From: the human T2T-CHM13v2.0 reference genome, Homo sapiens
Strand: one strand, 5' to 3'
DNA: 64,000 nucleotides
Assembly: GCF_009914755.1 (NCBI RefSeq)
Contig: NC_060947.1
Under the pieces are notes generated by a model. That model did not search any database and was not told the DNA's origin. It saw only the letters and a list, made by a program, of their open reading frames with translations. Shown here in pieces: positions 1 to 14,548 of the stretch (position 1 is its first letter; each line of letters starts with the position of its first letter). The translations under genes were made by a program, and so were the position numbers.

Positions 1-71
1 GAAGTCCTTATTGCTACTTTTTTTGGTGTTCAGAAATAAATTAAAATTCTCTTCTTTGTTCTTTTACCTAG

Positions 72-270
72 TAGTGTTTTACAACTTTTTGAAACATGAA
101 CGATGGGTTAGGATTTTATACAATGAATGATATGAAAGTTGGCTTGAATATATACACCACAAGGTTTGCCGTATGGTCCTCTGTCAAATATCTGTTCTCA
201 AGATGCCCCAAGGCATCATAAAAACAAAATGGAAAACTGCAACAGAAGACCAAGAAAGAAATATTTTCAG
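72..270 (+). other. Probable internal non-coding (5'UTR or lncRNA) exon
   Basis: Long polypyrimidine tract (TTCTCTTCTTTGTTCTTTTACC) followed by TAG/TAG acceptors at 69-71 and 72-74; donor CAG|GTAAAT at 270/271; all three frames contain stops. Confidence 0.55.
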
Positions 271-319
271 GTAAATGGTAAAGCAGGGAGATGACACATT
301 TCGTGCATTGTATTTCACT

Positions 320-660
320 CTTTCAACAACTATGGATTGAATGCTGAATTTGTGCCAGGTATTTTATAAACTGGGCACTTGTCATACAGTGGTGATCAAA
401 GTGGATGTGATCACTACCCCTTGTCACAGTCTCATAGGAGAGACAGACAATTAATTATATAGCTCTAGACTTAATATGCTAGGAAAGAAACAGAGTGGAT
501 ACAATAATGGGTAATAATACTATATGGTGGGTGCAGGGAGAGGGCTCCTTCTGATAGTGTGTTCAGAGATAGCTTCTCTGAAGAGTGGCCATTTAGGTGG
601 GGACCTAAAGGCTGAGTAAGAGGTTGAAGTATTTTCTGTTGGCAGGGTTAGAGTTTCTTG
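320..660 (-). mobile_element. L2 LINE 3' fragment
   Basis: TTCAACAACTATGGATTGAATGC...TGTGCCAGG resembles the reverse complement of the L2 3' end; boundaries approximate. Confidence 0.6.
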
Positions 661-750
661 GGAGACATAAAATAGTTTCAAAAGAAGCATTACCAAAATA
701 AGAGTTTTTATACCTTCACCTGTGAATTATACGCTTTTGTTTGTTTGTAA

Positions 751-1106
<356 letters not shown>

Positions 1107-1959
1107 CTCTGATGCAATTTGAGAATAAACAAGTATAGCAAGTATAAGCAAAAGGCACAAGGTATTCTGCATAGTTAAAAGTGCAGCTGCTTAAAAACCA
1201 TCCCGTCTTCTCTACTCTCTCTCTCTCTCTGTCCTCCTCCTCCTCTTTTTTTCTTTCTCTCATATTCGTCTTACAGAATATTAAATCTGTTTCCATATTG
1301 CTTGGTCCCTTCCTTCATCTTAAGAGAGATGTTAATACTGTGCGTTCATTGAGAATAACCAAATGGATGTTAGCATTGTTCTTTATTTAATCTTAAGTAA
1401 AATATTGTTTTTTTCTTAAAAAAAATACATTTATCAAAATTTATCTTACCCTTATCAATCTCAATACAGTTGTCTTTACATTAACTTCTATTAGTTGGCT
1501 ATTGTCCTATGTTTTATATATTCAGTAATTATATAATATGGAACAAAAGTAAGATATCATTGCTGAATGCTGTTTTATGGAAAAAGAAAAGCCTTTGGCA
1601 TTAATGTAATATATACTCCTGTTGATTAATACTTTGAATGTCTTTCTGTGAGATATATACAATAATGCCCATAAAATGATCAATTTTGATACCATTCTGA
1701 TGCATTAAAGATGGTGAAATAAATGTTTTAAAAAGACTGGGAGATGCGAATACCTATTTTTTGAAAGCAGGTTAGAATGTAATGCATAAATGGGCAAATG
1801 AAAATAAAAGCATAAACACATAGAACTACCAGGGCTGTTGAATAGTACCTGACTCAGGTCTCTTCCCTCCAGAAAGACTATAAAAAAACTTCTAGGCAAA
1901 ACAGTTGTGTTTCATATTTTTTAAGTGCTGGTTAGTAAAGACTTTAAAAAACTCATTAC

Positions 1960-3390
1960 AAAGTATTTCATGATTACAGAAGAACATGTAATAGATAGTA
2001 TGTAAGGTATAAAGAATAGTGATAATTTAAAATCCCACGAACTTAGCACCCAGCTAAAGAAATACAACTTTATCAGTGCTCTTTAATGCCCTGTCTGTTC
2101 TGAGATCCTGTATTCCTCCCCCTGCTCCAAACGGAACTACTATCCTGAACTCTGTGTCTGTTGTCCCTTTGTTTTTCTTTATAGTTTTACTGTATATTAT
2201 GTATACATAAATAATCTATTGTCTACTTTTCCTCAGTTTTGAATCTTTACATAAACAGAATTGTAAAATATGCCTTATTCTGCAATTAGTTTTTATTTTT
2301 CACTAAATCTTGTGTTTCTGAGATTAACTAATATTGGTGCATGTATCTGAATCCAATTCCTCTGCCACATAGCATTTCATTGGATGACTATACCACAATT
2401 TACTTAGCCATTCTCCTGTCAATGTACTTGTGGTCGCCCCCTCCACCAAGTCTTTTGTTAATATAAACAAAGCTGACGAGAACAATGTTTTATTTTGCTT
2501 CCTGATGCAAATATGCAAGAGTTTCCTCTAGGGCGCTATTCTGAAACTTTTTTTTTTATCTTAGAACCTCTTTACTCACCTAAGAATTGAGGATACCAGG
2601 AACTTTTGTTTACATCTGTTAAATGTATCAGTATTTATTCAATTAGAAATCAAAACAGATCATGTTAAAGCATCAGAATATATAAGCACACATTCCATTA
2701 ACCATCAAAGCAGCGGTGGGCACTTGAAACATGAGTGGCATTGGAAAGTTTTGAGATAGAGACTCTGGAAACTACTGTACACTCTTTCAAGAATGAGAGT
2801 ACAAAAGGCAGATTTCTTAGTACTATTATGAATGTAGTTTTGACCTCATGGACCTGCTGAAGGGACCTCAGAGACCTGTAGCTTTCATAGACCACACATT
2901 GAGAACTATTGTTCCAATACAAATCTAAGGTTAGAATCATTAGGTCATTATGTCTCTTCAATTACTAGATAACATCAAATATTTTTCTAAAGCAGTTGTA
3001 CTGTACCAATTTATAATATCAATAGCAGAATATATAAGTACTTCCTTTGGTACACATTCTAGCCAACATTTGGTCCTGTCAAACTTTTCCATTTTTGACA
3101 ATCTAGTGGTTTAAGATGGTGTCTCACTGTGGTTTCATGTTACATTTCTGTGATCACTAATGAGCCTCAAAATTTGTATTGGCCATTAAAAAGACTGTTA
3201 GGTCTTTTTCTGATCTTTCTTTTGGGTTGTTTATCCTCTTTAAAGAAAATTCTTTCAATTAGTTATTGAAATATTACAGATACAAACCCCTTGTCACTTA
3301 TATGTCCTGCAGATATTTAGAAACAGTTGTGGCTAGTAGTAGTATTACTTTTAAAAATGTGCCTTTTAATGAACAAATGAACAGAATTTT
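1960..3390 (-). mobile_element. Old L1M (L1MC/L1ME-like) 3' fragment, interrupted by a DNA transposon
   Basis: Degenerate L1M motifs (CCATTCTCCTGTCAATG; GATGGTGTCTCACTGTGGTTTC); boundaries approximate. Confidence 0.6.
2530..2912. mobile_element. hAT-Charlie type non-autonomous DNA transposon
   Basis: Terminal GACCACACATTGAGAACTATTG and internal GTAGTTTTGACCTCATGGACC are typical of Charlie elements. Confidence 0.55.
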
Positions 3391-3404
3391 AAAATTAGAC
3401 AGTC

Positions 3405-3701
3405 TTTTTTTTTTTTTTTGATGGAATCTCACTCTGTCACTCATGTTGGAGTGTAGTGGCATGATCTTGGCTCACTGCAACCTCTGCTTCCTGGTTTCAA
3501 GCGATTCTCCTACCTCAGCCTCCCGCTGTAGCTGGGATTACAGACGGGTGCCACCACTCCCAGCTAATTTTTTTGTATTTTTAGTAGTGACGGGGTTTTA
3601 CCATGTTGGCCAGGCTGGTCTCGAACTCCTGACCTCAAATGATCCGCCCGCCTCAACCTCCCAAAGCGCTGGATTACAGGTGTAAGCCACCACGCCCAGC
3701 C
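3405..3701 (-). mobile_element. Alu (AluS-like)
   Basis: Poly-T followed by full Alu consensus on minus strand. Confidence 0.95.
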
Positions 3702-3968
3702 TATATAGTCATTTTTATCAGTCATTTCCTTTAGCACTTAGACTTTTTGTATTTTAAGTAACCCTTTCTACCTTCAGTTCATGAAGATATTTTTCTGTAT
3801 TTTCTTTTATTCATTAAAACAACACTTTTTGATTACCTACTACTATCAGACACAGTTCTAGGTAGTGTGGATATGGCAGTGAAAAAAATACATTTAAAAA
3901 AAAACCCTAGACTCTTAGAGCTTACATTCTCGAAGTGGGGAGGAAAACAATAAACACATATGCAAGTA

Positions 3969-4389
3969 TCTCTTAGTCTCTTCAGACTACTGTTACAGAA
4001 TACTATAGACTGGGTGGCTTAAACAACAGAAATTTATTTCTCAGAGATCTGGAAGTTGGGAAGCTGCAGATCAGGGTGCCAGCATGGTCTGGTTTTGGAG
4101 AAGGCCCTCTTCCTGTTTTATGCATGGCCGCTTCTTACTGTGTCTTCACATGTCAGAGAGAGCAGACAGGAAGCAAGTGCTTTCATGTCTTTTTATAAAA
4201 GGCTTGCATCAGGTGGTTGGCAATAATGAAAAATGTCCAGATTCTTAACGTGAAGTTAAAAATTCACAAATTGATTAGAATCCACCCTTATGATCTAATT
4301 ATTTCCCAAAGGCCCTATCCCCAAATACCATCACACTAGGGACTAGGGTTTCAACATTGGAATTTTGACAGGACATTCAGTCCATAGCA
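3969..4389 (-). mobile_element. MLT1A-like solo LTR (ERVL-MaLR)
   Basis: TCTTAGTC...GGGTGGCTTAAACAACAGAAATTTATTTCTCA...ACATTCAGTCCATAGCA is the reverse complement of the MLT1A-type consensus. Confidence 0.85.
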
Positions 4390-4896
4390 GCATGATTTTG
4401 TATGAAGGATAGTGATAAATATTATGTAGAATAATAACGTCAGTGAGAGTGCAAGTGGTCAGAGGTGGGGTTCTGTAGGACAGAACAGCAAAGCACAAAC
4501 TTCCCAAGGCAATTAATGTACTTGGAGAGTTTGAGGAAAAGGATGAAGTCCAGATAACTAGAATGGAGTTAGCAAGAGGAAGCGTATTAGGAGATCTGGT
4601 TGATAACGGAAACCCAGATCACCTAGGGCCTCCTAGGCCATTTTAAAGGCTTGAGCTTTTACTTTGAGATGGTAAGGCGATGGAAAGTTTTGAGAAAAGA
4701 AATGGCAGGTTTTTAAAAGATCACTCTGTCTCCTGGTTTGAGATAGTCTATATGCAAGCAAGGGACAAAACTAGGGGAACATGTAGGAGGTTGTTTCAGT
4801 AATTGAGGCAGAAATGATGGTGGCTTGCATCAGGTGGTGGCAGTAGTGAAAAAATGACCAAATTCTTGATATATTTTGAAGCTTTTATTTGCAATT

Positions 4897-5336
<440 letters not shown>

Positions 5337-6008
5337 TCATTTAGAGAGATGAGGAAGATTGTAGGTGGAACAAGTTTAGGTACAAGAGTAAGAAGTTATT
5401 TTTGAACATGGTAATTTTCTTATGTCCATGTTCACCACATAGGGACACCAAGAAAGCAGTTAGATATATGAGTCTGGACTTATGGGGAGAAGTCCAACCT
5501 GGACATGTAAATCTGTGAGGCATTAGTGCACATAGTCTTTGAAGCCATTAGACTGGATGAGATTACCAAAGGATTGATTACAGATAGAAAAGGGAAGGGG
5601 CCTGGTGTGTGATCCATGACATACTATAATGTTTAGAGTTCTAGAAGATGAAAAGGAACCAACAGAGGGGACTAAGCAATGACCGGAGAAATAAAATGGT
5701 ATTTAAATCATATCCTGCAAGCCATCTGATAAAAGTCTTTTGTAAAGAGAGTGATGAAATTTCTTAAATAAAATGAAGTCAAGTGAAATGAAGACAGATA
5801 ATTAAACATGAGGTCTGACAACATGAGCCTGACAAGTCCTGTTTGGATATAGTGTTGGGGCAAAGAACAAGATTGGAGGAGATTGAAGAGAGAAGGGAGG
5901 AATTGGTAATAAGAAGTATTTTCTTCTAAAGCTCTTAAATTTTCAACATGTTCTTTAAATACATTGCTTTTTACCTGTTACAAAAGTAATAGTGTTCATT
6001 GTAGATAA

Positions 6009-6686
<678 letters not shown>

Positions 6687-6972
6687 TAAAGATTTTGACA
6701 ATTAGCCCACTGGGAGATGTCCAGAAGAGAAATACTCTGATAATGGTCGGTCTGCAAACCTTATCATACATACAGAGGGCTTAGGAATAGTTGTCCACGT
6801 TGCAAAAATTGTAAGGGTTCAGTGGAAGAGGAAAGCTGCCCAGCAGCAGAAGGTAGTCCTTATAGGGAAGGGCAGTTCTCTGACAGAAGAGGCCTTGTCC
6901 ATAGAAAAGATATGGGTAGAATTGCAGCAGTTGTTTGTATGTGCAGCAGTTTTTTAAATAAGAAACTTTCCG

Positions 6973-7357
<385 letters not shown>

Positions 7358-8432
7358 CTAAAATCAAATAAACACAATCTCATTTATATATGTCTATGCA
7401 TGTCTGTGTTGTAGTTGAGGAACTTTAGTTTATATGTTATACTAATAGTTTACTGAATATAAGTTTGAAATATTTTTCTAGAATTAAGGAGTATTTTTAA
7501 ATCAACTTAGAATTCTATTTTCTGCAATAGGAATATGACAAACATTTTCTCTTTTTTGACCATAAACTACTTGAACCCTGTAGTTTTCCATTTAGCTTAC
7601 TATTTTAAGGAATGTGATAAATCAATTGCGAACCTTTTTGTTTTCTTTTTCTTGAGGCTTCTGTTGTGATTTCCAGCAAAAAGGTCGATGTAGACGGCAT
7701 TTTACCTGATGTTGATGTTGCTTGGGATCAGAATTGACAATCAGGAGTAGTCTCTCAGTTTAGATTTACAAAAGGCCAGATAACTTGGATATCACTACTG
7801 CTTATAGAAACATCTCTATCTCTCTTCTTCCTTTTCAAATATTATACTCACTAGATCATTAATAAGTAAGATAAAATGTTCTTTACACTTTCACATAGCC
7901 TCTGAATTTTTCCCATTTAAAATGCACTGCTTGAAAAATCAAGGGGAAAACAAAGGTTTAAATTTTCTTTACATTTTAGATAATGAAAAGAGGGCTCAAA
8001 TGAAGAGTTTAACAGAGGCACCTGATGGGACTCTTTTTATTGCATATAAATAGAACTATTCGTGCTGCTATTTAACAATCAAAATCTAAATACTTCAGAC
8101 TGAAGATCAAGTCCCCTACTTTCAAACTATCTCCCAAAACTTCCCATTAAGGACTGTATACTCTAGGTGAACTGAATTACCTTCCGTTCACTATGCCCAG
8201 AATACAGTTTTCTAGAAACTCTCTGTCTCTGTGATATTCACGTCATGTAGGTTTCCTATGTCCACGACTTTGAAATTCTAAATCTAATCCATAATTTAAG
8301 GTTCAGTTAAGTTGCCACCCTCTTCAAATAGGCTTCCTGGAATACCACAACTAAAAGTAAAATCTCTGCCATTGAACTTTATTTTCATATACCAAGATTC
8401 TACTACAGTGCTAAAACATAATTATGACTATG

Positions 8433-8731
8433 GGCTAGTCACAGGGGCTTATGCCTATAATCCCAGCCCTTTGGGAGGCCAAGGTGGGCGGATCATTTGA
8501 GTTCAAGAGTTTGAGACCAGCCTGGGCAACACGACAAAACCCCATCTTGACAAAAAATTAGCCAGCTGTGGTGGCGTGGGCCGGTAGTCCCAGCTACTTG
8601 GGAACTCAGAAGGTTGAGATGGGAGGATTGCTTGAGCCCAGGAGGCAGAGGTTACAGTGAGCTGAAATGGTACCACTTCCCTGTAGCCTAGATGACACAG
8701 AGAGACCCAGTCTCAAAATAATAATAATAAT
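8433..8731 (+). mobile_element. Alu (AluJ-like)
   Basis: Diverged Alu dimer with (AAT)n tail. Confidence 0.9.
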
Positions 8732-8937
8732 ATTTATGATTATGTTTAATTTTGATTTGTTCTGTTGCACTCTTATGATGCATGACATATATAACAAACA
8801 ATTCCTAAATATGAGTGTTCCTCATGAAAATCACTAGCATATGTGGATGCATACTTATATGTATTTTTGGCCTTTTGATTGAGTATTCACAAATCATAAG
8901 TGTTCCGCTTAGGAGTACTTTTAAAAAGTGAAAAAAG

Positions 8938-9233
8938 GGCTGGACCTGGTGGCTCAGACCTGTAATCTCAGTACTCTGGGAGGCCAAGGTAGGCAAATTA
9001 CTTCAGCCCAGGAGTTTGAGAGCAGCCTAGGCAACATGGCGAAATGCCATATCTACAGAAAAAATACAAAAATTAGCTGAGTGTGGTGGCATGCTCCTAC
9101 AGTCCCAGCTACTCAGGAGGCTGAGGTGTGAGGATCACTTGACCCTGGGAGAAGCTGAGGCTGCAGTGAGTCATGATTGCTACTGCACTCCAGCCTGAGT
9201 GACAGAATGAGACCCTATCTCAAAAAAAAAAAA
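8938..9233 (+). mobile_element. Alu (AluJ-like)
   Basis: Alu dimer with poly-A; TSD-like AGTGAAAAAAGG on both sides. Confidence 0.9.
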
Positions 9234-9326
9234 CAGTGAAAAAAGGAGTTAAATAGAATAGTATCTAATGGTATCTAAAGTAGCAGTTAAGCAGTAGAGT
9301 AACAGTTGCATTTATTAAGGATTTAG

Positions 9327-9436
9327 TATATAATAATTTTTATTATATAAAATTATTATATAATAAAAATATATAATAATTATATTATATAATTATAATA
9401 TATAAAATTGTTATATAATAAAATATATAATAATTG
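9327..9436. repeat. AT-only low-complexity tract, followed by a MIR relic (~9490-9625)
   Basis: About 110 bp almost exclusively A/T with TATATAATAA units; MIR core TTTTACAAATGAAGAAGCTG downstream. Confidence 0.85.
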
Positions 9437-11718
9437 CATATGCGCATGATAATTTTTATATGCACTCATCTCCTCTGTACTTCACATAAATCCTGATAGG
9501 TAAGGTACTATTATTATTCTTACTTTACAAATGAAGAAGCTGGAACTTGGGGAAATTATGTAACTTGCCTAAGTTCTCATATATAGTCAAAGACCCCCAA
9601 GCCTTTTAACCACTTTACTATGCTGAAAAAAGTCAGAAGACGTAGCAAGAATGTAAAGTTTTGAAATTAAGTCTTAGGACACAGAAATTATGTTAGAAAT
9701 TATACTTGGGTTTCAGGATTACATTCTCGTGTGTTGGCAAGGAGGACGCTACTAGCTGAGTAAGAAATGATGTGTGTGCTTTATGACTTTATTATGTGAA
9801 AGGGTACTAACCATAGTAGAGGGTTACATTAATGTATCTTTAGTTGTTGTAGATATTAATGGGAGAAAAGGATTTATAAGAGCTTTCATAAAACAATTTG
9901 ATTCCTTTATGCCTCTAAAGCTGTTTTCCCAGGAAACATTAAAATTGTAAATAATGATTTATCCTACTGTGGGGTTCTTCGGAAACTTAACTCTTGGGGT
10001 TAGATTTCTACTGGTGTGTGTGTGTTTAAAAGAGCTATTAATAAAACTGCATATACATTATTCCATTGTGGTGTTTTAATTATTTTTGATTGATCCTGCT
10101 TTCTAAGCTCCAAATTAGAACAACCCCTTTAAACATTTATTAGGAAGAAATATCTGAACCAGTCTGACCTGACATTTGTAGACATCATCTTAGGGCTGTT
10201 CTCCCCTTAGAGGATAGTAACTTAGGACTATATCAGTTACGTCTGGTAACGATATGCCATGTCTGTGATACTAGCATGCATTTCTATAAGGAAGGAAGAG
10301 ATGGAGGGAGAGAGGAATTTGTTTTGAATACTCTGAAAATGTCTAGCCAGTGGATTATAATTACCATAATCACAGTTTTTGGCCATTTGGATGAAAGAAT
10401 GTTGTTCATGCCCATACTGCTAGCTAAGACAGTCATGTGCACACTGCATTATGAACCTATTTCCAATAGATTAGGAAAATAGTTACAACAGGTTTGAGGC
10501 TTCTGTTTTGCAAAAACCTTTTATAGCGTTATGGTCTCAGAAGGAACCATTGAAGAAAATAATCATTAACATTTTCTCGAACACTAAATCCTCCGTTCTG
10601 CTCCTCCAATATCTCATAGGCTGTCATCTGATATCAGCACTTATGTAATGTCACGATAGGTGGTGCCATAGTTCTATACTGCCTTACATTATAGGAAAAT
10701 ATAAAGTGTTATTTGACCAATTGAATAAAAAGAAGAAAAAATGTAAAAAGTTTTCTGAACCCTGGTTTTAAGAAATTTATGAACAACTAAAAATTTCTCA
10801 AAGGACTGCATTTTTCCATTCTCTGTTAGTAAAATATCTCAGCTGCCTTTTGATTCTGCTAGCTGCGAGAATGGCAGAATGGGGCCTGAATGGCAAACTA
10901 TATTATTTGTAACATTAATGCCAGCCTGTTTGGAGATTAATTACTATCTTTGTATTAAAGTACTGGTTGTGTTGGAATTGCTGCCTTTTTAAACTTCCCC
11001 CCAACCCTTGGTCATTTCTACTGATGATTTGCAGTAAAATAGCTGACAACTGCCTATGATTAGTTTAGCCAGATGCTACTTGCTCTGGTAAATTCATTTT
11101 AAGCATTTGACAAGACTGCAAAGATTAGTGCCAGCTGAGCTTAAAATATTTTTACAGACGAATGATATGTGAAAAGTCAGTTACTTTTCAGGTATATGAT
11201 GACTATGTAAATTAACTGACAACATATCTTCTTTGGTGTTTATTTGTGAATCATTTATCTACTTTATAGAACAATTGGTAGAGTTATCCTTCACAGGTAT
11301 ATTCAGAAGATGTCACCAAATGGAGTGCTTTCAAGTTTTTGTATGTTATTATGTTGTCCTATGAATTGCCTGTGCTCCAAGACTTATAGAATTGCAGGGT
11401 AAAGTTGGGAATCTCTGGATTAGAGAATGAAAATAAAAGTGAGAAGTCTTTTCTTTAGCTACTTCTACCATTCAACATCAAGAAAGAGGCTCTTACTCTC
11501 AAAACATTGTTCTTAGGAATGGCCATCAAATAAATGCCTTAGTTACAGATAACATTGAACAATGATGAGTAGTTTATTGGTTTTTCACCTTTCTTCATTC
11601 TTTGCCCTCTTTTATTATTATATCTTTACTCTTTCTCTTATGCCCTTTTTAAAAAGCATGTATTATACTATAGAAATGTTTCCTATTAGTGATTAATGTG
11701 ATAAATTTGATTAGTTGA

Positions 11719-12469
<751 letters not shown>

Positions 12470-13239
12470 TATAGTTATCTCTATAGGTTTTGGGTAGTTT
12501 CCTGTCCTTCACCCAGCTGAGTGTGACCTTGTCTATTAGAATCATATATACTGTTCTGGAATAAGCTTGAGATGTTATCTTTTCTAATCTCATTTTACCA
12601 ATGAGGAAACTGAGGTCCTACAATTTCAATAATTAGTCAAATAGCACATGGCAAAAAAAGTGGTTTATATAGGATTGGACCCTAGTTTTCTTCACCTTCC
12701 AGTGTTCTGTCCACTTTTTGGACTTCGTACATTTGAATTTCTTTATACTTTGCTGATTTCACTCACCAAACTTACTGACTTACCTGACTTCTGAATTATA
12801 CTCAGAACAAAACACCTGTATGAAAGTCTTCAGTGGCACCCCATTTTCTTTTCCAGTTTTCCTTCCCTTCTTTCATCTCTCCCTCCCATAAGGTCTTCCT
12901 TTTTCCTTCATTACTGCATTTTTTAATTCATGTAGAATCTACAATTTTCACTTGTAGTTTTATTTCAAAATTTGTTAATTTTTTCTACGTCTCTTTTTTG
13001 TTATAGCTCTGAAAAGCCTACTTAAAAAAAAAAAAAAAACAAAAACCCTGCTAATTGGCTTTTCTTCCTGGTCTATTGAATAAAGCACTAGATAGGGAAT
13101 AAGAAAACCTTGATGCATTTTCTTACCTTGACCAGTGACATGCACACTCTGTGCTCTAGTTTTCTATTAATATCAATAAAGCGGTATTTATCTGTACTGC
13201 AGAGTTATCAACCTGATTTAATTAAAAAATCTAGATATG

Positions 13240-13553
13240 GGCCAGGCACGGTGGTTTGCCCCTGTAATCCCAGCACTTTGGGAGACCAAGGAGAGCGGAT
13301 CACTTGATCCCAGGAGTTCAAGATGAGCCTGGGCAACATGACAAAACAGTGTTTCTACAAAAATACAAAAAAAGTTAGCCAGTTGTGGTGGTGTGTGCCT
13401 TTAATCTCTATAATCCCAGCTGCTGGGGATGGGGGGCCTTGGGGGGAATGCTGATGCAGGAGGATCTCTTGAGCCCTGGAGGTCAAGGCTGCAGTGAGCT
13501 GTGATCACACCACTGCGCTCCAGCCTGGCTGATAGAACAAGACCCTGTCTCCA
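13240..13553 (+). mobile_element. Alu (AluJ-like)
   Basis: TSD AAAAAATCTAGATA at 13224-13237 and 13554-13567. Confidence 0.92.
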
Positions 13554-13721
13554 AAAAAATCTAGATACATTTGGGGCTTTCTCAGAGAATGGTGCACAGA
13601 AAATAGAAAACGGTATTAGCGTTTTAAGATATGGAAAAAAAGATAATTGTTTTGATATTGATGGTTATTATTACTAATTTTTAAAGACTAGTATACTCCT
13701 AGCTTTTCAAGACAATGATGA

Positions 13722-14405
<684 letters not shown>

Positions 14406-14548
14406 ACCATCCTATGCTTTAGATTAACCAGTATTTACCATATAACTTGTAAATCGGTGTTAGTGGTGGTAATGGGATTACTAATGTGCATGTGTTAACA
14501 TGTTCATTGGTTCAATGCGAGGCTGTGATCCTGTACTCTGAGTGTGCC

